The notes: generated by a model from the letters alone, not told the origin. A DNA stretch of 64,000 nucleotides from an uncultured Actinomycetes bacterium (GCA_963839545.1 CAWIVE010000003.1:1058267-1122266); one strand, 5' to 3'. Positions 28,265 to 39,143 are shown, counted from the stretch's first letter. Numbers and translations are program-made.

Positions 28265-30559
28265 TGCGAGGAGAGGATGTCGGCGACGGTGGCGGCCAGG
28301 TCGACGGTGGCGGTGCCGCCGACCTCGATCTCCACGTGGTCGAGCGCAGGCCCGAAACGGAACGGGGCGCGGTACTCGCGGTCGCACGGCGGGATCCCGC
28401 TGGCGTAGCCCACGGTGAGGCCGTGGCCCGTGATGGAGTACCGGCTCCAGGCCGCGCGCTTGATCTCGCCCGTGCCCACCACGTCGCCGTCGACCAGCAG
28501 CTCGCCCCGGTGGGGCCCGCCCTCGCCGGGGGTGAAGCGGAAGGCCACGCGGTGTTCGCCGGGGGCGAGGGACGGGAGGGGCGCCGCCACCCGGTACTCG
28601 CGCCAGCCCGACAGGTTGTGCACGTACACCAGCGTCCCCTCGACGACGTGGAAGGACCACCCGCCGAGCACCGATCCCTGGACGGCCAGGACGCCTTCGA
28701 GGTCGAGGTCGAGGTCGCTGCTGCCGTCGACCCGGAGGAGGGCGGTGATCGTGTGGGGCCGGTTCTTCGTCGGCGCCGCCACGTTCTCGGGCACCGGCGC
28801 CCGCCCCGGCCAGTACACGTAGCGCTGCCGCTCGGGCACCGGTGGCGGGCGGTCGAGCACGAGGTCGGAGAACGGCCGGTTGTCGAGGGGGAGGACCTGG
28901 TACCTCGCGGCCTCCACCCACCACCGCTCGACCAGCTCCTGCAGCCGCGCCGGCTCCTCGGCGGCCAGGTCGTGGCACTCGGCGGGGTCGGTCCGGACGT
29001 CGTACAGCTCCCACGCGGCGAGGTCGAGGCCGGGCTGCTCGTCCTGGATGGGGTGGTACACGACCGCCTTCCACCCCTCGTGGTAGATCGCCCGGCACCC
29101 GAACATCTCGTAGTACTGGGTCGTGTGCCGCTCCGGCGCCTCGGGGTCGTCGAAGGCGTAGGCGAAGCTGATCGCCCTCCAGCGGTCGCTGCTCGACACC
29201 GTCGAGCTGGCGGGGCGGGTCGAGGCCGATGGCCTCGAGCACGGTGGGCGCGACGTCGATGGCGTGCACGTACTGGCGCCGCACCGTGCCCTGCTGGTCG
29301 GCGGGGATGCGGCGGGGCCAGTGGACGATCAGCGGGTCGGCCACGCCCCCTTCGTGGACCTCGCGCTTCCATCGGCGGAACGGCGTGTTGCCGGCCACCG
29401 TCCAGCCCCAGGGGTAGTTGTTGTGGATCCGCGGGCCGCCGATCTCGTCGATCCGCTCGACCGCCTCCTCGACCGTGCGGGGGAGGACGTTCCAGAGGCG
29501 ACCGTCGTTGAGGGAGCCGGTGGGACCTCCCTCGGACGAGGCGCCGTTGTCGGACAGGGCGAGGATCAGGGTGTCGTCGAGCTCGCCCAGCCGGTCGATG
29601 AAGTCGACCACCCGCCCGACCTGCTCGTCGGCGTGGGTGAGGTAGGCGGCGAACGCCTCCATGTAGCGGGCGTAGACCCGCCGCTCGTCGGCCGACAGGT
29701 CGCCCCATGCCGGCACCCACTCGGGCCGGGGGGACGCCTCGACTCCCGGCGGGACCACGCCGAGGGCCTCCTGCCGGGTGAGGGTGGCCTCCCGCCACAC
29801 GTCCCAGCCGTCGTCGAACCGGCCGCGGTAGCGCTCGAGGTGGGAGGCCGGGGCCTGGTGGGGCGAGTGGCAGGCGCCGGTGGCGAAGTAGAGGAGGAAG
29901 GGCTTCTCGGGGTCGACGTGGCGGAGGTCGGCGATGCACTCGATGGCCCGATCGGCCAGGTCCTCGGTGAGGTGGTAGCCCTCCTCGAACGACCGCGGCT
30001 GCTCGACCAGGTGGCTGTCGTGGACGAGGGCGGGGCCGAACTGGCTCGTCTCCCCGAGGAAGAAGCCGTAGAAGCGCTCGAAGCCCCGGCCGAGCGGCCA
30101 TCGGTCGCGGCGAGCCCCGACGTGGATCTCGTCCTCGGGCGTGAGGTGCCACTTGCCCACCGCCCAGGCGGCGTAGCCGGCGGGCGTGAGCATGGCCGGG
30201 AGCATCCCGCACGAGCGGGGGATGCGGGCGTCGTAGCCGGGGAAGCCGGTGGCCAGCTCGGTGACCCGACCCATCCCGCAGGTGTGGTGGTTGCGCCCGG
30301 TGAGGACGCAGGCCCGGGTGGGGGAGCAGAGCGCCGTGGTGTGGAAGTTCGCGAAGCGGAGGCCGCCGGCGGCGAGGCGGTCGAACGTCGGCGTGGCGAT
30401 GTCGGAGCCGAAGCACCCGAGCTGGGCGAAGCCGACGTCATCGAGGACGACGATCACCACGTTCGGCGCACCGGGCGGCGGAGCCGGCTCCGGCGGCCAC
30501 CACGGCTCCGACTCCCAGTGGTACCGACCGACGCGGCCCTGGAACTCCCCCCGCTCCAT
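28261..30559 (-). pseudogene. Arylsulfatase (formylglycine-dependent, ~766 aa), one frameshift
   Basis: MERGEFQGRVGRYHWESEPWW...VVLDDVGFAQLGCFGS...TTALCSPTRACVLTGRNHH (C-x-P-x-R site)...DGVEQRPLEG. An extra base at about 29170-29175 shifts the frame, after which it continues ISFAYAFDDPEAPERHTTQYYEMFG...ADILSSQ* (ORF 28261..29199). Confidence 0.85.
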
Positions 30560-30618
30560 CGCCGACGTCCACCCCCCCCGGGTCGCGTGCGGAGGAAGGT
30601 AGCGTCTGGGCAGCGAAC

Positions 30619-30635
30619 TGACCGCGCTGCGGTCA
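30619..30635. promoter_or_regulatory. Perfect 7-3-7 palindrome TGACCGC-gct-GCGGTCA (variant operator)
   Basis: It lies in the 121-bp gap between the divergent sulfatase (ATG 30559) and TetR (GTG 30681). It shares the CTGAC/GTCA half-site cores with the main motif but with wider spacing. Confidence 0.5.
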
Positions 30636-30680
30636 CTTCCCCCGCCCAGACGCCGTGGCGGTCGAGGAGGGTACGAGCGG

Positions 30681-31375
30681 GTGGCCGACGCGAAGAGCTC
30701 CGGGACACCGGTGTCCGGGGAGCCGGCCGCCGGGCGGGAGCTGCGCCCCCAGGGCCGCCGCACCCGCAAGCGCCTCCTCGACGCCGCCACCGTCGTCCTC
30801 TCGGACAAGGGCTTCCACGCCACCCGCGTGGACGACATCGTGCGCCGGGCGCGGACGTCGCACGGCACCTTCTACCTCTACTTCGCCAACAAGGAGGACC
30901 TGTTCCACGCCCTCGCCGTCCAGTGCGCCGAGGAGATGACGGGGCTGGCGGCGGAGCTCGGTCCCATCGGTTCGGGGCCGGAGGAGTCGAGGAGCTGCGC
31001 TCGTGGTTGGAGCGCTTCCTCGCCGCCTACCGGCGCTACGGGCCGGTGATCCGACGGTGGATGGAGGACCAGGCCATCGACCGGTCGCTGCGTCGCCTCG
31101 GCCGCCGGGCCTTCGCCGACATCACCGGCTCGCTCGTGCAGCGGCTGGCGGAGCGGCGCGCCGCCCCCTTCGCGAACCCCGAGCTGGCCGCCGCCGCGCT
31201 GCTGGCCATGATCGAGCGCTCGGCCTACTTCGTCACCTCGCGCGACCTCGAGGTCGACGACGAGGTGCTGCTCACCACCCTGGCCACCGTGATCCACCGT
31301 GGCTTCTTCGCCGACGGGCCCGGCGTCGCCCGGCGAGGGCCTGACCCCTCCCGGCGCGAGGGACGGGTCTTCTAA
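30681..31375 (+). pseudogene. TetR family regulator, one frameshift
   Basis: ORF 30681..31049 reads VADAKSSG...RRTRKRLLDAATVVLSDKGFHATRVDDIVRRARTSHGTFYLYFANKEDLFHAL...LGPIGSGPE. It continues as GVEELRSWLERFLAAYRRYGPVIRRWMEDQ...TVIHRGFF...* in the frame of ORF 29264..31375. One base is missing near 30983. Confidence 0.8.
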
Positions 31376-31387
31376 CATGGGTGTCAC
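31372..31387 (+). promoter_or_regulatory. Weak operator-like site (site 8)
   Basis: CTAACATGGGTGTCAC matches 9 of the 13 specified positions. It lies between the TetR stop and ATG 31388. Confidence 0.3.
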
Positions 31388-33193
31388 ATGGGCGCGGCGA
31401 GAGACGACGAACCCGACCTCGAGGCCGTCCACGCCAAGTACCTGACCGAGCGGGACAAACGGCTCGTGCCAGGTCGGGCCGCCATCCGCGATCTCACGCG
31501 GGACGAGCACTTCGCCCGCTTCCGGGAGGATCCGTTCACCCCTCGGGTCGATCGCCCGCCGCTCGTCGAGGAGGTCGATGTCGTCATCGTCGGTGGCGGC
31601 ATCGCCGGGGTGGTGGCCGGCGCCAACCTCCGCAAGGCCGGGGTGGAGCGCATCCGGATCGTCGACCAGGCCGGAGGCGTCGGCGGGACGTGGTACTGGA
31701 ACCGCTACCCGGGGGTGATGTGCGACGTCGAGTCCTACATCTACCTGCCGATGCTCGAGGAGCTCGACTACGTCCCGAAGCACCGCTACGCGTTCGGCGA
31801 CGAGATCCGCTCCCACCTCCAGGCGCTGGCCGAGCGGTTCGACCTGGTCGACGGCGCGCTCTTCCACACGGGCGTGACGGGGGCGGCGTGGGACGAGGCC
31901 GCGGAGCGGTGGCGGATCCGCACCGACCGCGGTGACACCCTGACGACGAGGTACTACGTCCTCGCCGTCGGGATCCTGAACCTGATGAAGCTCCCCGCCA
32001 TCCCGGGGATGGAGTGCTTCCGCGGTGCTTCCTTCCACACCGCTCGTTGGGACTACGGGTACACGGGCGGTGGCCCCGGCGAGCCGCTGACCCGTCTCGG
32101 CGACCAGGTCGTCGCCCTCCTCGGCACCGGCGCGAGCGCGATCCAGTGCATCCCGCCGCTGGCCGAGGCGGCGAAGCAGCTCTACGTGTTCCAGCGAACG
32201 CCGTCGGCCATCGGCGTGCGGGGCAACCGTCCCACCGACGCCGAGTTCGGTCAGCGCCTCGAGCCCGGGTGGCAACGAGCGCGGATGGACAACTTCCAGT
32301 CGATCATGCTCGGACGTCGCGTGGACCACGACCTCGTCGACGACGGGTGGACCCGCCACTACGCAGCGGTGCACCACCCGCCGCGCTGGAAGGGGATGAC
32401 GATCGAGGACTACCTCCGCAGCGGGGAGGAGGTCGATCTCGCGATCATGGAGGAGCACCGCCAGCGGGTGGCCGAGATCGTCACGGACGGGGCGACCGCC
32501 GAGGTCCTCAAGCCCTACTACCGGTACCTGTGCAAGCGCCCCTGCTTCCACGACGAGTACCTGGCGGCGTTCAACCACCCCAACGTGACGCTCGTCGACT
32601 GCCCCGCCGGCATCGACCGCGTCACCGAGGACGGGCTCGTGGTCGGCGGGGTCGAGTACGACGTCGACTGCATCATCTACGGGACCGGGTTCGAAGCGGA
32701 GCTCACGCCGTTGCACCGACGGGCCGGTCACGAGATCGTCGGACGCGAGGGGACGACCCTGGCGGAGAAGTGGGCCGACGGGGCCGCGACGCTCTTCGGG
32801 ATGACGACCCGCGGCTTCCCGAACCTCTTCGCCATGCCCGCCCCCGGCCAGCAGGCGGTCGTCACCGTCAACTACACGCAGCTGGCCGTCCTCGGCGGCG
32901 AGTTCATCGGCCGCACGGTCTCGCTCCTCCGGGAGAAGGGGGTGTCCGTCTTCGACGTCAGCGCCGAGGCGGAGGCGCAGTGGACCCAGAAGATCCTCGA
33001 CTCCTTCGTCGACGGGAGCCGCATCATGTCGGCCTGCACACCGTCCCGCCTCAACAACGAGGGGAACCCCGGCGCGCTGAACCCACGGAACGGCAACTAC
33101 GGGCGGGGCTTCGGGGACTACTTCGGGTACCGGGAGCTCCTGCTGGACTGGCTGGACGCCGGCTCGCTGGAGGGCCTGGAGGTGCGGCACTAG
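31388..33193 (+). CDS. Baeyer-Villiger (flavin-containing) monooxygenase
   Basis: Intact 601-aa ORF with the FAD motif VVIVGGGIAGV, BVMO fingerprint FRGASFHTARWD and a second Rossmann motif LLGTGASAIQ. Confidence 0.9.
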   Translation: MGAARDDEPDLEAVHAKYLTERDKRLVPGRAAIRDLTRDEHFARFREDPFTPRVDRPPLVEEVDVVIVGGGIAGVVAGANLRKAGVERIRIVDQAGGVGGTWYWNRYPGVMCDVESYIYLPMLEELDYVPKHRYAFGDEIRSHLQALAERFDLVDGALFHTGVTGAAWDEAAERWRIRTDRGDTLTTRYYVLAVGILNLMKLPAIPGMECFRGASFHTARWDYGYTGGGPGEPLTRLGDQVVALLGTGASAIQCIPPLAEAAKQLYVFQRTPSAIGVRGNRPTDAEFGQRLEPGWQRARMDNFQSIMLGRRVDHDLVDDGWTRHYAAVHHPPRWKGMTIEDYLRSGEEVDLAIMEEHRQRVAEIVTDGATAEVLKPYYRYLCKRPCFHDEYLAAFNHPNVTLVDCPAGIDRVTEDGLVVGGVEYDVDCIIYGTGFEAELTPLHRRAGHEIVGREGTTLAEKWADGAATLFGMTTRGFPNLFAMPAPGQQAVVTVNYTQLAVLGGEFIGRTVSLLREKGVSVFDVSAEAEAQWTQKILDSFVDGSRIMSACTPSRLNNEGNPGALNPRNGNYGRGFGDYFGYRELLLDWLDAGSLEGLEVRH

Positions 33194-34809
33194 GTGGGCG
33201 GCCGGCGGGTCGTCGTCGTGACGGGCGGCGGGGCGGGGATCGGGGCGGCCATCGCCGAGGAGCTGGGCCGCCGGGGTGACCACGTGGTGACGATGGACCC
33301 GCTCGTGACGCTGGACGGGACGGAGCGGCTCCCGCCGGCGGAGGAGACGACGGCCGGACGGATCGTGGCCGCCGGTGGGGCGGCGGAGGCCTCGGCGGTG
33401 TCGGTCACCGATGGGGAGGCTGTCTCCGACCTGTTCTCCCGCCTCGTGGCCGACCACGGCCGGCTCGACGCGGTGATCAACGTGGCCGGGATCACCCGCT
33501 CCACCAGCTTCGCCACGGGCACCGAGGAGGACTGGAGCGGTGTGCTCACGGTCCACCTCGAGGGCTACCTGAACGTCCTGGCCGCGGCCCTGCCCCTGAT
33601 GGCGGCCGCCGGCTCCGGCCGGATCCTCGGCGTCACCTCCGGCTCGGGGTGGCGGCCGGCCGATGCCGGGGCGTATGCCTGCGCCAAGCGAGCCGTTGCC
33701 GCGCTGACGTGGACCCTGGGCCCGATCGCCCCGCCCGGCGTCACGGTCAACGCCCTGTCGCCCATCGCCGTCACCCGCATGGTGATCGAAGCGGCGCGGA
33801 AGGCCCGGGAGCGGGCCGCCACCGGCGCCGCCGGCCCGACGTCGGGGGGCATGTCGTTCGGGAGGATGCCGGAGCCGCACGAGCTGGGCCCGGTGGCGGC
33901 CCACCTGGTCGGCGACGAGCTGTCCTGGTGCCGTGGTCGGGTGGTCTTCGCCGGCGGTCCGGAGGTCGCCGTGGTCGAGCCGCCCCGACTGCTGGAGGTG
34001 GTCCGCACCGGCGGCGTCGCCTCACTGGCCGCCGTGCTCGACGCGCTCGTCCCCAAGGTCTTCGCGCCGGCCGAGGCGCAGCAGGTCAGCGGCGGGGGCG
34101 GCAACCCCCGCTTCGCGGCCCTGTTCGCCGAGCCGCCGGCTGACGTCGTCCCCTCGGACGTCGGCTCCTGCCTCCTCGTGTCGGACCGGGCCGTGCTGGC
34201 GTCGGGGGTCGAGGCGGCGCTCGGGGCCCGGGGAGTCGCCTGCACGATCGTCGGGGCGGAGACGGTCGGAGCCGGGTTCGGGGCGCGGCCGGGTGCCTGT
34301 CGGCTGCGGGACCGGTCGATGCCGTCGTCGTCGCCCGGGCTGCGACGCCGGGCTCGTCCGGGACCGGGGGCTGGGAGCAGGTGCTGGCCGAGCACGCCGG
34401 GCTCCCCGGCCAGCTCCTCGGCGACGCCGCCTGGGCGCGGGCGGTCGCCGACCATGCGGCGGGCACGCAGCGCCCGATGCGCCTCGTCACCGTCACCGAC
34501 GCGGAGACCGCCGGGGGCCGGAGCCGGGCGCAGGCCGTGGCCCAGCTCGCCCGGGTCGCCCGGAGCGCCACGGACGACCGGGTGGCCATGTTCGCCGTGA
34601 GCCAGGAAGCCGACGATGCCGCCGGGGTGAGCGAGCTCGCCGCCCACCTGGTCGCCCACCCCGACGCCCCGGCGCTGTCCGGCGCCGAGCTCGTGGCCGG
34701 CGCCGGGTGGCTGGGGGTGCGCAGCCATCCCCGGCCGGCCGGCAGCATCACCGTCGGGGGGACCGACCTCCCGCACTGGTTCGACACCGCTCTCAGGGGG
34801 ATCCTGTGA
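33194..34809 (+). pseudogene. SDR-family oxidoreductase with ~280-aa C-terminal extension, one frameshift
   Basis: VVVVTGGGAGIGAAIA...GAYACAKRAV (YxxxK) in ORF 33194..34600. After about 34290 the sensible reading is ...AGPVDAVVVARAATPGSSGTGGWEQVLAEHAGLPGQLLGDAAW... in ORF 34381..34809. Confidence 0.7.
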
Positions 34810-35684
34810 AGAAGCCGCGCCGCGTCGTCGACGCCCACGTCCACTTCTGGGACCCGGCCCGGGCCGACTGGTACCCGTACCTCGCGGGCCGGCGGAAGCT
34901 GGAGAACCTCGGGGACACCAGCGGCATGGAGCGGCGCTTCGACCCCGCCATCCACCGGGCCGAGTCGAGCGGGTGGAACGTCGAGAAGTTCGTGAACGTG
35001 GCCGCCGCCGTCGGCCGGCATTCGATCGACGAGACGCTCGAGCTCGATCGGCGGGCAGCCGCCGAGGACGGTCCCCACGCGATCGTCGGGGGGCTCCCGT
35101 CATGGGACACCATCGCCCCCACCGAGGCGATCGAGCTCATCGACCGCCAGATGGCCGCCACCCGGTTCCGGGGCCTGCGACCGATGGGGACGGCCGGAGC
35201 GCCGAACAACCTCCCGCCGCCCGACCTGCTGCGCGCGCTCCAGGAACGTGGTCTCGTGTTCGACCTGCTGGCCCACCCCGACTCGCTGCTGGCCGCCGCC
35301 CGCGGGCTCGAACCGTTCGCCGACCTCGTGGTGGTGGTGGAGCACACCGGCTGGCCGCTGTCCGACGACGACGACGAGCGGACGCAGTGGCTCGAGGGGA
35401 TCCGGGCCCTGGCGTCGCTCGGGGGCAACGTGCACTGCAAGCTCTCGGGGCTGGCCATGCCGCTCGGCACCATGAGCGCCACCGCGTTCGCCCCGTGGAT
35501 CGAGCCCGCCATCGAAGCCTTCGGCATCGAGCGCTGCTTCTTCGCCAGCAACTTCCCCGTCGACGGGCTGCACGGCACGTTCGACGAGCTGTTCACCGCC
35601 TACGCCGAGGTCGTGTCCGGCCTCGACGACGACGCCCGGGACCGCCTGTTCGCGAGCAACGCCGAGCGCGTCTACCGCTGCTGA
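34806..35684 (+). CDS. Amidohydrolase (PF04909-like)
   Basis: Tail of ORF 33933..35684 from GTG 34806 (GTGA overlap). VKKPRRVVDAHVHFWDP...VVVVEHTGWP...FASNFPVDG. Confidence 0.85.
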   Translation: MKKPRRVVDAHVHFWDPARADWYPYLAGRRKLENLGDTSGMERRFDPAIHRAESSGWNVEKFVNVAAAVGRHSIDETLELDRRAAAEDGPHAIVGGLPSWDTIAPTEAIELIDRQMAATRFRGLRPMGTAGAPNNLPPPDLLRALQERGLVFDLLAHPDSLLAAARGLEPFADLVVVVEHTGWPLSDDDDERTQWLEGIRALASLGGNVHCKLSGLAMPLGTMSATAFAPWIEPAIEAFGIERCFFASNFPVDGLHGTFDELFTAYAEVVSGLDDDARDRLFASNAERVYRC

Positions 35685-35688
35685 AGCG

Positions 35689-37185
35689 CTACCCCGTCGA
35701 GAGGTCGTCCCTGAGCACGCGACGCAGGAGCTTTCCGGTCTCGTTGTAGGGGAGCTCGTCGCAGAAGGCGATGCGCTCGGGCGTCCTCGCCGAGCGCAGC
35801 CGGTCCCGCACGTGCGCCCGGAGCGCCTCCTCGCTCACGATGTCGCCCGCGTGCAGCACCACCGCGGCGACGACCTGCTCGCCCCACTCCTCGTGCGGGA
35901 TCCCCACCGCGGCGGCGTCGGCGACCGCCGGGTGCTCCAGGAGCACGGCCTCGATCTCCCCTGGTGAGAGGTTCTCGCCCCCGCGGACGATCACGTCGTC
36001 CACCCGGCCGTGCACGAACAGGAACTCCTCGCCGTCCAGGTGCCCGGCGTCCCGGGTGGGGAACCAGCCGTCGTCGAGGTCCATCGCCCGGCCCTCGTAC
36101 TCGCCGGACACCTGCTCGCCCCGCACCCAGATCTCGCCCACCTGGCCGGGCCCGAGGGCGCGGCCCTCGTCGTCGCGCACCGACACCTCGACGCTCGGCA
36201 GCGCTCGCCCGACGGAGCCCAGGCGGGCGCGGACCTCGGGGTCCTCGCTGGCGAACGCGGCCCGATGGTCGTCCGGGCCGAGCACCGTGATGGTCGAGGC
36301 CGTCTCCGTGAGCCCGTAGGCGTTCACCAGATCGAGGGTCGGCAGGAGGGCCATGGCCCGCTCCACCACCGGACGGGGCATCGGGCCCCCGCCGTAGGCC
36401 AGGGACCGCAGCGACGGGAGCCCGCCACCGTCCCGCTCCACGACGTCGAGGATGCGACGCAACATCGTCGGGACGACCATCGCATGGGTGACCGACTCAC
36501 GGCGCACCGTGTCGACCCACGCGTCCGGTTCGAAGCGCTCGAGCTGCACCGTCCGCCGCCCCGCGTAGGTGGCCGACAGCACCGATGACACGGCGGCGAC
36601 GTGGTAGGGCGGGACGCTGACGATGGTGGCCTCGTCGGGGCTCGCCGCGCCGAACTCCACGGAGCCGATGAGGTACGCCGCCAGGTTGCGGTGGCGGAGG
36701 ACGGCGGCCTTGGGTTCCCCGGTGGTGCCGCTCGTGAAGAGGAGCACCGCGGTGCCGTCGGGGTCGCACCCCCAACCGTCCGTGGGCTCGATCGACTCGT
36801 CCTCGGTGGCGGCGAGGAAGCCGGCTCGGTCCACGATCGTGAGACCCGGCACGCCGTCGATCCGCTCGGCGACGCCGTGGCCGGCCACCACCGTCGCCGG
36901 AGCCGTCCGTTCGAGGATGGACCGCAGGCGGTCGTCGGCCAGGCGGTAGTTCAGCGGTACGAACGGCTTCCCGGCGACGGCGGCCCCGAACAGGGCGAGG
37001 GGGACGGCGAGCGAGTTCTCGTCGACGAGCACGATCCGGTCCCCGGGCGAGGCCGCCAGCCACGTCCCCGCCCGCCGGGCCCGCGCACCGAGCTCCCCGA
37101 AGGTGACGCCGCTCTCCACCGGGCCGACGGCGACGCGCTCGGCCAGGCTGTCGCTCGCCATCTCGATGACCATCCCGACGTGCAC
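35689..37185 (-). CDS. AMP-dependent acyl-CoA synthetase/ligase
   Basis: Intact 498-aa ORF with LLFTSGTTGEPKAA, YGLTE and the GKLLRRVLR tail. Confidence 0.9.
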   Translation of the reverse strand: MHVGMVIEMASDSLAERVAVGPVESGVTFGELGARARRAGTWLAASPGDRIVLVDENSLAVPLALFGAAVAGKPFVPLNYRLADDRLRSILERTAPATVVAGHGVAERIDGVPGLTIVDRAGFLAATEDESIEPTDGWGCDPDGTAVLLFTSGTTGEPKAAVLRHRNLAAYLIGSVEFGAASPDEATIVSVPPYHVAAVSSVLSATYAGRRTVQLERFEPDAWVDTVRRESVTHAMVVPTMLRRILDVVERDGGGLPSLRSLAYGGGPMPRPVVERAMALLPTLDLVNAYGLTETASTITVLGPDDHRAAFASEDPEVRARLGSVGRALPSVEVSVRDDEGRALGPGQVGEIWVRGEQVSGEYEGRAMDLDDGWFPTRDAGHLDGEEFLFVHGRVDDVIVRGGENLSPGEIEAVLLEHPAVADAAAVGIPHEEWGEQVVAAVVLHAGDIVSEEALRAHVRDRLRSARTPERIAFCDELPYNETGKLLRRVLRDDLSTG

Positions 37186-37189
37186 CGGA

Positions 37190-38178
37190 TCAGACGGTGA
37201 GGACGACCCGGCCCCGCACCTTGCCGGCGAGGATCTCCGTCGCCAGCTGGGGGGCGTCGGCCAGCGGTCGGGTGGTGGTGAGGGTGTCGAGCGCCGCCGG
37301 ATCGAGGTCCTGCGCCAGCCGGTCCCACGCTCGCAGGCGCCGCTCCCGCGGGGCCATCACGCTGTCGACGCCGGCGAGGGTGACCCCCCGCAGGATGAAC
37401 GGCGCCACCGAGCCGGGGAGGTCCATGCCCTGGGCCAGGCCGCAGGCGGCCACGGTGCCGCCGTAGCGGGTCTGCGCCAGCACGTTGGCCAGGGTGTGGC
37501 TGCCCACGCTGTCGATCGCTCCCGCCCACCGCTCCTTGCCCATCGGCCGGCCGGGCTCGGAGAGCTCCGACCGGTCGACGATCTCCGAGGCGCCCAGCGA
37601 GCGGAGGTAGTCGCCCTCCTCGGCGGCCCGACCGGTGGACGCGTGCACCTCGAAGCCGAGCCTCGACAGGAGTGACACGCCGACGCTCCCGACCCCGCCG
37701 GCCGCCCCGGTCACGAGGACCGGGCCGCCGTCCGGGCTGACGCCGTGGTCCTCGAGGGCGAGGACGCACAGCATCGCGGTGTAGCCGGCGGTGCCGATCG
37801 CCATGGTCTGGGCCGGGGTGAACGCCGACGGCTTCGGGACGAGCCACTCACCCGGGACCCGGGCCACCTCCCCGTAGCCGCCGAGGTGGGTCTCGCCCGC
37901 CCCCCAGCCGTTCAACACCACCTCGTCCCCGGCGGCGACGCCCCCGGCGCCCGACTCCCGCACGGTGCCGCGAAGTCGATGCCGGGGATCATCGGCCAGC
38001 GCCGCACGACCGGCGACGAGCCGGTCAGGGCCAGCCCGTCCTTGTAGTTGACCGTCGAGTGGCTCACGGCGACGGTGACGTCGCCGTCCATCAGGTCCTG
38101 CTCGTCGACGTCGGTCCAGTCCAGGGACTGCTTCTTGTCATCGCCTCGGGTGAGCAGGAAGGCCTTGAACGTGGGCAC
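37190..38178 (-). pseudogene. MDR-family NADPH:quinone/acrylyl-CoA reductase-like oxidoreductase (YhdH/AcuI type), one frameshift
   Basis: ORF 37912..38178 reads VPTFKAFLLTRGDDKKQSLDWTDVDEQDLMDGDVTVAVSHSTVNYKDGLALTG...PMIPGIDFA. It continues as GTVRESGAGGVAAGDEVVLNGWG...VTGAAGGVGS... in ORF 37190..37963. One G is missing near 37970. Confidence 0.8.
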
Positions 38179-38196
38179 GGCCGACCAGCCTAGGAT

Positions 38197-38212
38197 CTGA
38201 CACTGACGTTAG
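38197..38212 (+). promoter_or_regulatory. Operator-like site (site 9)
   Basis: CTGACACTGACGTTAG lies in the 62-bp divergent gap, 28 nt upstream of ATG 38241. Confidence 0.55.
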
Positions 38213-38240
38213 AAAACCGACCGGGATCGCAGGGGGATCG

Positions 38241-39143
38241 ATGGGCGACTACACGTTCCTGCAGTACGAGACGCACGACGACGGCCAGATCGTGCGCATC
38301 CTGCTGGACCGACCCGACGCCAGGAACGCCCAGAACCGCGGGCTGCTGGTCGAGCTCGACGAGGCCTTCCTGCGGGCGGAGGCCGACGACGCCTGCCGCG
38401 TCGTCATCCTCGGGGGCACGGGCCCGATGTTCTCCAGCGGGCACGACATGGGGTCGAAGGTCGCCCGCGAGGAGTACACGAGCCACCCGACCGCCTCCAT
38501 CAACGGCGCCACCCGGACGGGCGCCGAGAAGCGGATGCTCGGGGAGTGGCACTACTACTTCGAGAACACCCGGCGGTGGCGCAACCTGCGCAAGATCACC
38601 GTGGCCCAGGTGCACGGGCCCGTCTACGCCGCCGGGCTGATGCTGATGTGGGCGTGCGACCTCATCGTGGCCGCCGACGACGTGGTCTTCGCCGACGTGG
38701 TGGGCACCCGTCTCGGGATGTGCGGGCTCGAGTACTTCGCCCACCCGTGGGAGCTCGGGCCCCGCAGGACGAAGGAGCTGATGCTCACCGGCGACTCCAT
38801 CGACGTCGACGAGGCCCACCGCCTCGGCATGGTCTCGAAGGTCTTCCCGAGGGACGAGCTGGGCGACAGGACCCTCGACTTCGCCCGGCGCATCGCGTCG
38901 CTGCCCACCATGACGGCCCTGATGATCAAGGAGTCCGTCAACGAGACCATGGACAACCAGGGCTTCTACAACTCGCTCAACGCGTGCTTCACGATCCACC
39001 AGCTGAACCACGCCCACTGGGCGGAGGTCCACGAGGACGGGTGGCCGGCGGCGAAGCCGGAGGACGGCATCCCGCTCTGGAAGGAGGCCAAGCCGATCGT
39101 GCCGGCGGAGAAGGACACGGTGCGGGCGGTCGAGCCGGCGTGA
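38241..39143 (+). CDS. Enoyl-CoA hydratase/isomerase (crotonase) family protein
   Basis: Intact 300-aa ORF with ILLDRPDARNAQN, FSSGHDMG and VHGPVYAAGLMLMWACDLIVAA. Confidence 0.85.
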   Translation: MGDYTFLQYETHDDGQIVRILLDRPDARNAQNRGLLVELDEAFLRAEADDACRVVILGGTGPMFSSGHDMGSKVAREEYTSHPTASINGATRTGAEKRMLGEWHYYFENTRRWRNLRKITVAQVHGPVYAAGLMLMWACDLIVAADDVVFADVVGTRLGMCGLEYFAHPWELGPRRTKELMLTGDSIDVDEAHRLGMVSKVFPRDELGDRTLDFARRIASLPTMTALMIKESVNETMDNQGFYNSLNACFTIHQLNHAHWAEVHEDGWPAAKPEDGIPLWKEAKPIVPAEKDTVRAVEPA

